This document shows, piece by piece, positions 34,229 through 46,915 of a stretch of 64,000 bases of DNA (its first letter is position 1; each line of letters begins with the position of its first letter). The notes beneath the pieces are model-generated. The model did no database searches, was not told the DNA's origin, and saw nothing but the letters and a program-made list of their open reading frames with translations. The stretch is from Camelus ferus. Taxonomy: Eukaryota. The stretch lies in the NCBI RefSeq assembly GCF_009834535.1, contig NC_045697.1, positions 44,084,001 through 44,148,000 on the forward strand. The letters are read 5' to 3'. Position numbers and translations under genes: made by a program.

Positions 34229-34304
34229 ATGTCCAATGATTAAACTTTTTCCACTGCTGTTCACATCATGATTTGTTGTGATTAATGTATGTGGATGAGG
34301 ACAT
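34229..34304 (+). ncRNA. SNORD143/SNORD144: C/D-box snoRNA, copy 2 (paralogue, same guide)
   Basis: Terminal stem atgtcc/ggacat; C ATGATTA 34236-34242; guide ACTGCTGTTCACAT 34253-34266; D' ATGA 34268-34271; C' GTGATTA 34278-34284; D ATGA 34295-34298; 80 nt upstream of the acceptor at 34384. Confidence 0.88.
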
Positions 34305-35507
34305 AATGGAAAAAAGAAAATCATGAGGCATATAGATATGTAGTTTCTGTACACTGACTTGCCTTTAAATGTTTTCTCTTTTAGGAATAGAATTGAAGGG
34401 TGTTTTTCTTAGAGAACATCATTTGTCAGATTCATCAAGAATTTAGAGATTTGTAATAAGGTAAGAAGTTTATATATTTTTTAGTTTTGACAAAAGACAA
34501 AATGACATCTGAGCAAAAAGATTGACATGACATTTGAGCATAATGTGGGTATCATATTCAATTAAGATTTTTTCCTTATTTTTTTCAGCTTTCAAAGGTA
34601 ACATAAATATGACTTCAAAGATAATATAATTTTTCAAATCAATAGACTTGATTCAGGATAGGCAGTTGAGTGGGTCGGGGGGCAGGACTTTTAACCTTGA
34701 TAGTCATCTTTTCTTCAAACTAATGACATAATCCTTTCAGGTCCTAAAATTTTTAGAGATCATATGTTCTGGGGTTTAAATTTGCTGAGTTATTGGATAT
34801 TCTGTAAAGAACTCTTTGATATGACAGTCCTATAACTTTAGCTTTGTTCAAGAACAGTAGATAGGCAGGTGGTCAGCTGAGAATTTCTAATACCAGATTA
34901 ATCTGTGATTAATAGATGTGTTATCTTGCAGTGTTTCTCAAATTTAAGGACTATAAAGGGGAAGATTCTTGTGAATACCCAATATTGATTTAATTTTCTA
35001 TTTCTTAAACTCCTACAGACATATAAGTTGATGTAAACTTTGTGATCCTTAATGAAAAAATGTACAAAATAAGTACATTCAAAACCAAAATTTAAACAAT
35101 TTAATAGGATGGATGCTACTGTATTGTAGCAGTAAACATAGTGGCCGCTATCCAATAAATTTTATTTACATATGGCCTTGTGCCTTTTGATGATTGTAAA
35201 GTTTTACAATCAACAGTATAGTTGTCCAGAACTTTACTCTTTTGCAGACCTCAAGATTATTGAAATGAGGGGAGAGGGCCTAATTCTCAAAACGATGTCT
35301 TTGGACTGTAAATCCTAATTTGAAGAATTCTATTACATTATCTCTGAACATTCTTCTAGATTCAAGTAATTCAGTCTTAGAATTAGCATTCTTTTAAGAA
35401 AAGCTTCAGTTTTTATTTGATCTAGGATTTGGCTTGCCTAGTAGTTAAATAAATTGGGTTAAAAGTTGACTATTTTGTGAACTAATGCAAGTTTTTCTTT
35501 TTAGATG

Positions 35508-36970
35508 CAGTGCACCGTTGCAACACACATGATGCATGAATATCAGTTTTCACAGTGTAGTTAAACAACACCTGACCTGCAACAACACAGCTGAACTTTT
35601 AGTTGTCACAATATTAACTGAATTATTGCATAAACTTTGCTGCTCGCTCTTTATTCCACAAATCATTATGCAAATAAAAGATGTGCATCATGAACAAGAA
35701 CCAGCTGTATCACTTCTTTCAAAGTCTTGGTGAATGGTCACTGGCTATTAAGTCACGCAGAGACAGAAAAGCATGTAGCTTTAGGTTGCCTCCTTGTCTC
35801 CCAGTGATAAATGCATGCAACATTTCACAAAAATGGATAATCAAAAGAGGGAGTTAGCCAACAAATATGACAAGGCAGCAAAGAAATGAAAAGTGATAAC
35901 ACTGGAAGTGAAATTAGATGTGGTTAGAAGATTTGAAAATGGTCACAGCAAAGCGAAGATAGGATGAGACCTAGGCCTATATGGAACTACAATACAAACC
36001 ATATTTTAAAAGTCTGATGAATATATGAACAAGGTAAAGTTGTTTCAACATCTTTTAGTTTAAGTTACACTAGGAACAGAAAGCCGCTTAAGGTTGAAAT
36101 GGAGTGTTTACCTCTACTTTGGATTGAGGAATCAAAAACAAATCCTAATCAGTTTGGCTAGCATTCAGGCCAAAGCATTGAAGGAAAATGGTAATTAATT
36201 ACAAGATCTTTTTACTGCCAGAAAAAGCTGGTTTCATCCTTTCATAAGTCAACATGAATTGATTTAATGTTAATCTGGTGAAACTACAAGCTCAAATAAG
36301 GATGCTGCTGTGAAATCTGCACCCAGATTCCCAGGATTACAAGCAGTCCTCACTTTGCATAGTAGTGAGAGACTACTGTGCAAAAACCCTGTAGGATTTG
36401 GATGGAATATAAATGGAGTTATAGAAGATACAGATGACCATAAGAATGCTGCAATGTTGACACTGCCACCATTCAAGAAACAGTTGTAGATTTGCAGTGA
36501 GGTGAACTTAGTGAAGGTGAATATAAAGTTATAAACGAGGAAAGCGGTTGCATTGTAAAGGATGAACGTGTCTCAGAGCAAGTGATGCTGTTGAAAAACT
36601 TCACATTAAACTAACTCTCAGAGATGTCTCAGGACATGGACAGCACTAAAGTTGTGAAAGCTGATTCAAACTTAGAAAGTATGACAATTTGCCAAGGCAC
36701 AGAAAAAAAATGCTTATTCCACATTGTAAGTTATATGATGAGAAGAAAGCAAGCACTGTTCAAACTACTCTTGATACTTTTTTAATAAAGAAATAAAACT
36801 CTTAACTTTCAATGTTTCCAATATTAATTTTACTATATTACATTTATAGGCAACATCAAGAGTTTTTAGTATTTTGACAGGTTTTAAGGTCACAGAACAT
36901 AGACTGTTAATCCATAGATTAAGAAGGCTTTGCACAGTTTCAGCTTGCATAGTCACAGCCAGAACTTCCT
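35508..36970 (+). mobile_element. TcMar-Tigger DNA transposon relic (Tigger6/MER82-like) with a decayed transposase N-terminus
   Basis: From ATG 35833: MDNQKRELANKYDKAAKK*KVITLEVKLDVVRRFENGHSKAKIG*DLGLYGTTIQTIF*, a CENP-B/psq-type HTH whose TGA stops fit CGA decay; Tigger-like 3' tail gatgagaagaaagcaagcactgttcaaactactcttgata. Confidence 0.8.
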
Positions 36971-37198
36971 GCATTTAAAACAAGCTACGGAGTCTTTATA
37001 TTCAACCAGGTATAAATATACCAAGCCTGGAAACTGTATGTTAGCCTTACAATAACCAGTTACGTTATAATTGACATTTCATATTGCCTTTGTATGCTAC
37101 TATATCAAGGTTTTGAAATGGAAACTTAACAATACTGAATGTCTTATTTGTACTTTGAGCATTAATCTATTTGTAGACAAAGTCCTGTCTAATAGAAT

Positions 37199-37435
37199 AG
37201 GGGCTGGCAAACTTTACCTTAAAGGGCCACATAGCAGATACTTAGGACTTTGCAGGCCACGTAGTGTCTAGCAACTACTCTGATGTTGTAGCACAAAAAC
37301 AGCCATAGATAATACAGAAACCATTTAGCATGGCTGTGTTCCCATAAAACTTAATGGACACAAAAATTGTAATTTCATGTAATTTTCTCATGAAATAATT
37401 TTTCTTTTGCTGTTCTTGGCTCACTGGGCCTACAA
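37199..37435 (+). mobile_element. hAT-Charlie MITE (MER58-like)
   Basis: aggggctggcaaacttt...aaagggccacatag...ctttgcaggccac...aaaacagccatagataat...catggctgtgttcccataaaactt. Confidence 0.75.
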
Positions 37436-37773
37436 AAGGGAGTAGGGGAAAGGAGAGGTCTGTAATTTGATTTATGCAGGAGGAACCTGTAGTTGAATGA
37501 CTATATTAAATGATACCAAAGAATGTAACCACTACTTGCATCATTGAGTTTTGGAGTTTTCTAATGAACCATTTTTGCCCCATACCATCCAATGCACACT
37601 TCAAAGCAGGATAGGGTCTTTGGGGAATGAGACAGTAAGGAGTTCAAGGTGTTCACTTGATTCAAATGATGATCCTACTTTTAAGTTGGGGATTTTTATT
37701 AGCACCCCTTTAGGTAAACTAGGCCTTGCAGCAATAAGTAAAAATAGAAGGCTTTTCAGAACACTAAAAATTA

Positions 37774-37809
37774 GCTACTGTCTCCTAAGCTGCTACTGTC
37801 TCCTAAGCT
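37774..37809. repeat. 18-bp tandem duplication
   Basis: gctactgtctcctaagct twice in succession. Confidence 0.95.
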
Positions 37810-38399
37810 GCTTCAGCAAGTCTACTTCAGCCCTACAGAAATAAATCTGCTTTTTAAATTGAACCAGAAGTAGAAGACAATAGAAGGGTGTTGGAAGTAC
37901 AGTGAGAGTACAAAAATCTGCCTACTGTTAAATAGCGGTGCTTGCCATATTTTACTTTTTGCGTGCAAAACAGAGAAACGTTACTTCCCGTGAAGGCATT
38001 TAGAAAAGACTGGTGACTGGTGTAATGGGAAGAGAACTGGTCTAGAAGTTAGGAGTCCAGGTTCTGATACTGTGATTTTCCTCTGGCTTTGCCTTATTTG
38101 CTATGAAATAATTCCTCCCTAAAACAAGAAACAACATCCATGTCACGCACTAATTAGATGCCTGGCTCTGGCGAAACTACCAAAGTTACAGTGACTGAAG
38201 GCAAATGCTAACAGATCTCAAACAGTAAGGCAGGATACTAACCGCAATACCTTGTTTACCCCACTAGGCCTCTTCGGAGTAACAAATCAAGTATGTCCAC
38301 AACAGCCTTTGGGTATGACCAGATCGTCTGGTTTTAAAGAAGTTCTCAATAAGCAAGTAAGCAATTTTAAGACCCTAGTCACAATTACAGTTCCTGCAA

Positions 38400-39120
38400 T
38401 AAGGCCCTCGCAGCCCGGTTTTCGGTGGTTGGTCGCGTCGGCAGTGTCGCGGCGCTGCTGACGTCTCACAGGACCAGTGCTACGTGGCGTTTCCGCGGGC
38501 TGCGGCCGTTCTTCCGCCACACAGCTACACCCAGCAGGACTTTTCTTCTTCGCGTCGTCCTGGCCACCGCACGCCGCCCCTCAGGACCGGTCCGTAGCCT
38601 CCCAAGGACATGCGCCTCGCGGCACAGGGGCCCCTCCCGCTAGCCACCGCTCCCGGAAGTGCCGTGGCGGGTCGCGCGCCGGGTGGGTGGGGCCAGGCCG
38701 TGCTCCCGGAAGCGTCGGCCAGCCGGCTGGGCGGGGCTGCGGCTGCCACGTTGGAGAGGAGCGTGGAGGTGGCCCTGGCCGGGAGGAGGGGCGGCGGCGA
38801 ATGCTGGGAGACTCCGACGGGTGCCGAGCTAACGTTGGAACCGGTCGCCGAGGGTCCCCGCCAGGTGTGTCCGCTTCATCCCCTCCTGTCCTCTTTGCCG
38901 GGCCTCTGGCCTTCAGGGAGAGCCCGGGCCAAAGCTAGGATCCCGGCCTCGATCTCCGGTGGTCCCCGCCAGACTGCGGCCCGGTCGGTCTGCGTTTCGG
39001 GCCCGGCGGGACGCCTGGCGTCACGGTTTCTTCGGAGATCGCGCCTGTCCGCATCCGCCGACGTTTCCACTGCTGAGCAGGAGCGCCCCTAAGGCTTGCG
39101 ACAGGGTGTCCTGCCAGGGT
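38400..39120 (+). promoter_or_regulatory. SEC31A: SEC31A CpG-island promoter and first exon (donor CCAG|gtgtgt at 38864/38865)
   Basis: CpG-dense; ETS sites CCGGAAGT 38653-38660 and CCGGAAG 38706-38712; TGACGTC 38459-38465; ACGTGGC 38482-38488; GCCACGT 38745-38751; GC boxes. Confidence 0.85.
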
Positions 39121-42100
39121 CCATAAGTGGGGTCTGAGGTTAGGAGACCTTCAGACCCTTGTGCACAAAAAGGTGCGGTCCCCAAGGGCGAGGGAAGGAA
39201 ACAAACCTCAGGATTTCTTTGGTTGACTTCAGTTTGGTTAGGACTTTTTGTTAATAATTAAACCGTTGCCGGATTTAAAGATTCGTAGGTTTTATCTGAA
39301 GGCTACTGTCATTTAGCCAGAATTGGATTATTTTAAGGGCAGTACTCGCCAGTTGCAGCCTATACACCTCGAAGGAAGTCTCATTAAGTGTTGTGTGTTT
39401 TTGCTAGTAATTTACTATAATAAGAGGTTAGATTATGGGGCAGGTGTAAAATGAATAAAAATATTGCCTGGACTTATGAGCGTTATAACCTCTTCCAGAA
39501 GCTCAAGGAACTAATTTTACCTATATCTTTCTGAAGTTGCAGTGATAGTCTCTGAGAGAAATCCTTCTTCCTAAACTGTCTTTTCTAACCACACGAAACT
39601 GAAATCGGGTTGTCTTTGTAGGCAACTGTATTTAGTCAACAGTTAGAGCCTCGTCCTTATACTGTCTTAACGTTTGTTGTACGTACTGATTGTTCTAGAG
39701 TTGGCTGAAGTTTGCTTACCTTTTCTTAGTGATTCTCCTGTGTTGCTTGTTTCTTATTATCCGTTAATTGCAGCTCTGGGAAAGGTTTGTAGACTCCAAG
39801 AAGTTTTGGAATACTTGAAGTGTTTTTGTAGTTGTGAATTTATGTTACACACATGTAAGGTTATTTAGGAAACGTGAGATTTGGAATGGATTTAGGTTTA
39901 ATACTGCTTAATTTTATATAAGCAGGCTCTTTTCTGAAGCTGACAACATAAGAACAGAAAGAAATTTGTAAACTGTAAGGAGCAATGATTCTTAACTTTT
40001 GGGGGTTCCATTTCCTTTGGAGGATCTGGTAAAGCATTGGATCATCTTCCTAGAAAAATGCACATACACACATATAGGAGTTTCTGTATAGTTTCACAAG
40101 ATTTACAAATCTCAAAGGCTTTTATAAGGTGATATTATTAAATTGATTTTTACATTGTTTTTAGAAATGTTGTCATTCTTAAATAGGTTAATTTCAGCTC
40201 AAAAAGTTTTGTTTGTTAAATGCAGATAAGTATGACACCATTTAGTTCAATGACCAATGCACAGTTCCTTCTTTGATTTGATTTTGGTTGAATGAGATGA
40301 GCCTAGAACATAGATAACATTAAATAAATCCTCTGGAACAAATGTGCCAGTCCCTAATGAGATTATTTTGCCCACACAGGATGGATTTTTACTAAAGGCA
40401 GTGGCAATTAGGGATTGTGTTCCTGATTTGAGAGTCAGTTTCCAATTCTGTGACCCCTTTCACTTTTTACTTTCTGAGGTTTAGGTTAGCTCTATGTATA
40501 TAGCATGGTAAAGTTGGTGTTTTTTTTTTAAAGAATAGTACTATTAGGTTTTGGTGTTGCTTCACAAAATTAGCATTTAGAAAATGCAAAAAGAAAAGAG
40601 TTCCCATCTAACTGCATACAGTTGCAGACCCTTGGATGAATAAATCAAAGTTGTAGTCTAGAACATAAATTTTCTTCAAGAAAGGTATTCTGTTGAAGAT
40701 TCACTGGGGTAAACATTTTAAATTATGACTTCTGTATTAGCTGACATTTACAAGCATTTATTTACTACATGTCAGGCACTGTTCTCAGCACTCTGTGAAT
40801 TCTCACAACCACCCAATGGCATAGATGCTTTTATTATAGTTATTTTTCCAAGTAAGTAGCCAAGACACACATAGGAAAAATTACGTGCCTGAAGTCAGAG
40901 CTAGGACTTGGTAGACCAGAGATTTAAATCTGCTCCAGTCACTATGCTTTTAACCGCTGTACCATAGATACTGTCTTGTAGGTGGCATCTGTGAACAAGC
41001 CATTGTCCTCACAGTTTTAATATTTTCAGAATGATTATATTCTGTGTAAAATACTCTTGAATGAAACAAATCCGCATAATGTGAATTCTAATCACATATA
41101 ATATTGAAAAAAATTACACAAAGTTTTTAAACCTAAGACCTCTTTCTTCCTATTCTCAAGAAAATTAGTTACAGCTAAATGATCATTCTGCCAGGAGATA
41201 CACATGCATCCGATGAAGCTGTATTTCCATAGTATTCTTAGTAGTTTTGAGGATGATTATACTAGGTAGATTATGGTATTCTTGTTTAATTAGATTCAGA
41301 CCACGTCATATAGTTGTAGGCTGTTGTTGTAGTATAGTGATTTGATTTTTGTTTTTAAACAATGGTATTGAAGCCTCGTGTTCAGTACACAGGTTAATAA
41401 GTAGAACTGCTTCTGGTGGAACACTGAGTACTGAGGCTTTAAGAAACAGACTTTATAAATGGGTTGAATTCCCACTTAGCCATTTTATGTTCTTGTGAAT
41501 CTGTCTCTTTCTCTTTCAGTAAATGTTACACATTAACTAAATGTTCGTAAATTAGACAGCCCTTGTACCTTTGCTCTTAGAGTTACTGTAATTCTGTTCA
41601 GTTGGGTTTTTAAAAAATATATTTGTAGCTATTTTGTTTTCACTTTTAGAAATTATTCTAAACGCAGTTTATTAAAACCTTTTTCCCCCAGCAATACTTT
41701 CTACTATTTTTTAAGTTAGAAAAGATCCTTTAAAAAGTTAAGAATTTCAAAATTAAATGTTTTACTTGAAATTGGTCTTTCTAGCTTATCAATCTGTTTG
41801 TATTCCCCTAAATATAGACATGCAAAATCAATCAAGCAAAACTTTCTGTGTACCTCACCCTGTGCAAAGGAATTTTGAGTCCCAAAAGGGTAAAAGTTGT
41901 AACACGTGATTGAAAAAAATCTATTTGTTGAGTTAGTGAGACAAGATGACAGAAAACAGCTGGTAAAACAGGCAATGGGAAAATATGTAAACAATATGTA
42001 CTAACAGTGTTAGATAAAGCTTTGTTAAGATGGAATAAGACATTTTATTATAAGATGCTTAAAATGTGGTACAAATATAAACAGTGAAGAGATTATATAG

Positions 42101-45100
42101 ATCAGTGTGGATTGGATCAGTTAGGGCAGTTTTCATGAAGGAGTTGGGTCTTGAACTTACCAAAGACAATTGGCTGAGAAGAAGAAGGGCATTTGACATA
42201 AATAGGCATCTTTTTCACTTCTTAGAAAATTGGGTTTTTTTTTCTTTTCTTTTTCACAATAATCTTAGGAAACTAGATGAGTAGTTTTCTTGATTAGTCC
42301 CATGATAGTAATAATCTTTAAAGTAGTTAACATGTTAAAATACTTTTTAACATATGTGTGAGGCATTGTGTTTGGTCATCTGTAAAATACATTATCTCAT
42401 TTAAAGCTCACAATGTCCCATGAGGTAGCCACTCTTACCCCTATTTTTCAAATGTAGAACTGGGGCTCAGAGAGGTTAGATACTGTGTCCAAGGTCTCAT
42501 GAGTAGCAGAGCCAATATGCAAATTGAGGATTGCCTCCAGAGGCCCCACTTCTGACTACGTGACTCAACCTCCTAATCCGCTTTTGCCTAACCTAGCAGT
42601 TTCTAAAATACATTTCTTAATTTCATCATGCATTGTAGTTTTTTTGCTAATAACTATTCCTCATAAATGTTAATATTTCTTCTATGATTAAAATTGAACA
42701 CGTGAACTTGTTGTAGTAACAAATAAGAGCTTGGACTCTGGAACTAAACTTATGAGTTCAAATTTTGGCTCTACCCCTTGCTAGCATGGACCAATTATTT
42801 AGTCTTTCTGTGCCTTCATTTTTTTCATCTGTGAAATGTTCTTCAAGTATAAACAATTTGAACATGTAAGACCCAGGGCATATTTTTAGTCTAAGGCCCT
42901 TATAAGGAAACTATTAGAGGATGAACTTCATCCTCTAGAGATGAGTAAGAAAATGGCAAAAGTACTGTTGGAAAACATTGAGCAAATTTACCTACTATAG
43001 ACCTGAGACTAAAACAAAATTGGGAATAAGGAAGAAAGAATAAAATGTACATGTTAAATATCTGATGATGTAGGAATTGGTTATAAAAGTAAAAAATTAA
43101 GAGAACTGGGAAGTAGGCAGAAAATTCGAGTATCTCCTATAGTATTGCCTCATCTATAATGGCTAGGAGTCAAAGGACATTTAAAGCTGGCAAATCAGAG
43201 GTATGAGCATATTTAATAGTACACAGGTAAACACTGAGAAAGATAATACTAATGACTATTAATGGTGATGCAAGAGAAGTAATAAGATTACATAAACTAA
43301 TTTTGTTAGTACTCTTAATAATTAACTGTAAATAAATAGAGGATTAGTGGTATTAAATGAAATTATTTAAAATTACAGTTGTAAAGATAGAATCAGAAAC
43401 ATACTAGAAAAAAAATACAAATCACTCTAATTATCAGAAAATTTTTAAATGTACAAAAAGAAAATAGACAGCAGTGAAAGACATTTTTTAAATTATAAAA
43501 CCAAACATAGCAAAATATGATAGAAATGAGGGCAACCATATCTGTCACAGCAGTAAATTTTAAATAGCCTTATTAGCTAGTCTGTTGAAAAGATTTTCAA
43601 ATTGGATCACCAAGCAAAATCTGATTTTTTTTCACTGTATTCAAGACAGCCAGTGAAAACACAATGGTTCAAAAGTTGAAAAGGCAAAAGAACATATATA
43701 AAGGCAAATAAAAAGAAAGCTAGGGTATTGATCTCAATATGAGACAAAGCAGAGTTCAGGCCTAAAGGCATTACAAGATAAAAATACTCCGTAAAGCTAA
43801 AATATGTATTTGACAGTGAACATTTAACATGTCTCTCTACCTATGTATTAAATAGGTAACTATGTAACTGTACTAAATAACAAAGTAACTTTCATAAAGG
43901 AAGTTTCAGCAGCAACAGACTCCCATAGAAAACCAATTTATGGTTACCATCAGGGCAAGGGGGCGAGAACGAATAAATTGGGAATTTGAGATTTGCAGAT
44001 ACTAACTGCTATATATAAAATAGATAAACAAGTTTCTGCTGTATAGCACAGGGAGCTATATTTAATATCTTATAATAACCTATAATGAAAAAGAATATAC
44101 ATATTTATATGTATGGCTGAAACATGCTGTACCGCCAGAAACCGACACAACATTGTAAAGTGGCTACGGGAGATACTAGGAGAAATATGTACAAATGTAT
44201 TAGTAGCAGGATCCTTTTAATTTACTGTTCTTGCTCCAAGACAAATCAAGTGGAAAAACAAATAAGGATGTAGAAGACCCAAACAATTAAGTCAGTAGGG
44301 TAGATTTGATTAATATATATTGAATTTTGAAAACAGAGCACCCCTTCTTTTTAGATCTCATGGAACATTCACAAAAACTCCTATATGTGCCTCAAAGAAA
44401 ACTTGTTTTATAAATAAGAAATAATACAGAAAAATCACAATGAAGTAAAAATAAAGACCCCTCCATTTGGATACTCCGTTTGGATACAATTCTTAGGTCA
44501 ATAGAGAATACAAATGGAAACTAAAATGCATAGGTAACCATAATAATGAAAACACTAGGAATGTATAGGATGCAGCTAAAGCAGTGCTCAGAGAAAATTC
44601 AGAGCCTAAAGAAATAATAAAAATGGGTACGTTCAGTTTTTAGTTAACTAAACAGTTAGAAAAAGAACTAAGTAAACCAAAAGAAAATGGAAGGAAGGAA
44701 TTAATAAAAATAAAAGCAGAAATTAATGAATTTGAAAACAAAAAGAATGGAACTAATAAATTAGAAAGCTGGATTTTTGTAAATACTCAGTAAAATAGTC
44801 AAGTCACTAGCCAAGCTAATTTTTAAAAGAAGGGTAGGGCGAAATAAAATGTAAATATGTTTAATTAAGGACTAATAAATAACCATAAACAGCAAAAATT
44901 TAAAGAATCATGAGTCTATGTTGTTTAGCTCTAAAAAAATTAGGAAATTATTTTTAAAAATAAAGAACTATTATAGGAAAATACAATTTACCCAAAATAA
45001 CCTTGAACAAAGAAAATTCAAATAGATTTCCATAGAAGAAATAGAGAAAACTACCAGAGGAGCAACTCTCCCCAAAAAGCACCAGGCTCAGACGTTTCAT

Positions 45101-46767
45101 AGGCGAATCCTATTAAATCCTTCAAGAACCAATAATTCTAATGCCGTTATTAAAACTGTTTGAGCATAGGAAGAAACAACTCCCACATTTGTTGTGAAGC
45201 AAGTATAACATTTGATATCTAAACCTGACAAACGTATAGAAGAAGAAAATTATCGATTGCATCTCACTTGAGACTCTAGGAGTGAAACTTTTAAACAAAT
45301 GGAACCTTGCAGCACCGTAGTAGGACATCATGAGCAAGAGAAATTTATTCTAAGTTTGAAAAGATGATTCAGTTAATTCAGGAAATTTGTTAGTATAATT
45401 TGTTTTATTGGTAGACCTAAGGAGAAAAATCATATGGTCATCTCTAATTACCTAATTAATGAAAAGCATTAAACAAAATTCAACACCCAGTTTTTATGAA
45501 AAACATTCAGTAAAACAGTAATCAATGGCTATTTCCAGATATATACATATACATATATACACACACACATATCTCTACAAATATGTGTATGTATATATCA
45601 GGTTCCAAAATCATGCTCAGCGGTGGGAACAAAACAAGAAATATCACTGTCATCGCTGCTGTTTAATACAGTACTGTCAGTACTAGCTAACTCACACAAG
45701 AGAAAGATATCAGAGGAATGACAGTTAGGAATGAGGAAGTAACTGTCCCTTTTGACACATGGTATGAGTGTATATGTGGAAAACCCGACAGAATCTACTG
45801 TAACACTGCTACAAAAGGAGAATACGATAAGATAGCAGGATATAAAATTAATATGAAGAAATCATTATCCTTCATATAACAATAAGAAAAATAGACATTA
45901 TAATGGATAGGAAAAAAAAGCCACGTTTACCAACAAACCAAAAGATAAAACACTTAGGAATAAACAAACCTAATATGTCAAATTTCAAAAACCACTGAAA
46001 GATTAAAAAAAAAGACTTAAATCAAAAGACACCATGTTCTTGATAGGAAAATTCAACATTGTGTCAGTTCTCCGTAAATTAATTTATAATTTGGTACAGA
46101 TTCAGTAAAAATACTAGCAGTCTCTTTTTTCTGGAATTAGACAAAAACTGTAGAGTTTATGTAGTAAAATAAACAGTAATGGCAAGGAAAATGGGGTGGG
46201 GGTGTGAGATGGGGGAGCAATAGATAGGGAAGCAGTTGAAATCATACTCATAAAGCCTCAGTATTTAAAACAGTGGAGTGCCTGGCATGTGAATAAACAA
46301 ATGGACATAGGAATGGTAATCCAAAAATAAGCCTAAATAAATGCTAGAATGTAAATTCTAACCTACATCCTGATATGTATAGGAATACAAATCTATAGTA
46401 AATCCAGAAGTAAACCTAAGTACAGGGAATTAGTACATGATAAAGGTGATACCTAAAACTAATAAGAAAAAGATAGACTTTGCAGTAAATGGTTTTAGAG
46501 TAATAAGAAAAAAATAAACTTTGAGTATACATTGTATACTAGGACACATTTCAAATGAGTCAAAATTCAAATGTAAAGAGAAAGCCATAAATAAATTTGC
46601 TGGCAGAAAACTATCAGTGCATGTCTTCCTAACTTTGGCATGCAGAAGGCCTTTTCTAATTAATCAAAATTGAGAAGCCACTTTTTAAAGTGATAAATTT
46701 TACTGTAAAAATTATGGTACATCCATAGAGTGGAATGTTTTTCAGTGCTAAAATAAAAAGAGCTATT

Positions 46768-46915
46768 GAGAGAGAGTATAGGTCAGTGGTAGAGTGTGTG
46801 CTTAGCATTCATAAAGTCCTGGGTTCAATCCCTAGTACCTGCAGTAAAAAAAAAAAAAAAAGTAAATTAAAGAAACAAAAAACCTATTCCCCCCCTACCC
46901 CCGGGAAAAGAAAAA
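46768..46915 (+). mobile_element. tRNA-derived SINE (camelid type)
   Basis: gtataggtcagtggtagagtgtgtgcttagcattcataaagtcctgggttcaatccctagtacc with A and B boxes and an A-rich tail; imperfect flanking repeat aaagagctat/aaggagttat. Confidence 0.8.

Larger units (their letters stand above)
28802..36970 (+). ncRNA. THAP9-AS1: THAP9-AS1-like multi-exon snoRNA host transcript; predicted internal exons 29128-29180, 29262-29297, 29708-29743, 31869-31942, 34385-34460, last exon from 35505
   Basis: Each internal exon has a pyrimidine tract plus AG and a GT donor (gtatgt, gtaaga, gtatta, gtagta, gtaaga); position matches the human locus as recalled; two snoRNAs sit at canonical intronic positions. Start and end are inferred. 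Confidence 0.65.

Noticed and set aside
35833..36270. Second functional transposase (TIGD-like gene)
   Set aside because: Multiple in-frame stops and frameshifts and no intact catalytic domain.
38252..39092. Overlapping 64-160-aa ORFs on both strands
   Set aside because: Expected stop-codon scarcity in a CpG island; no recognisable domain. Only 38801-38864 is kept as a candidate.
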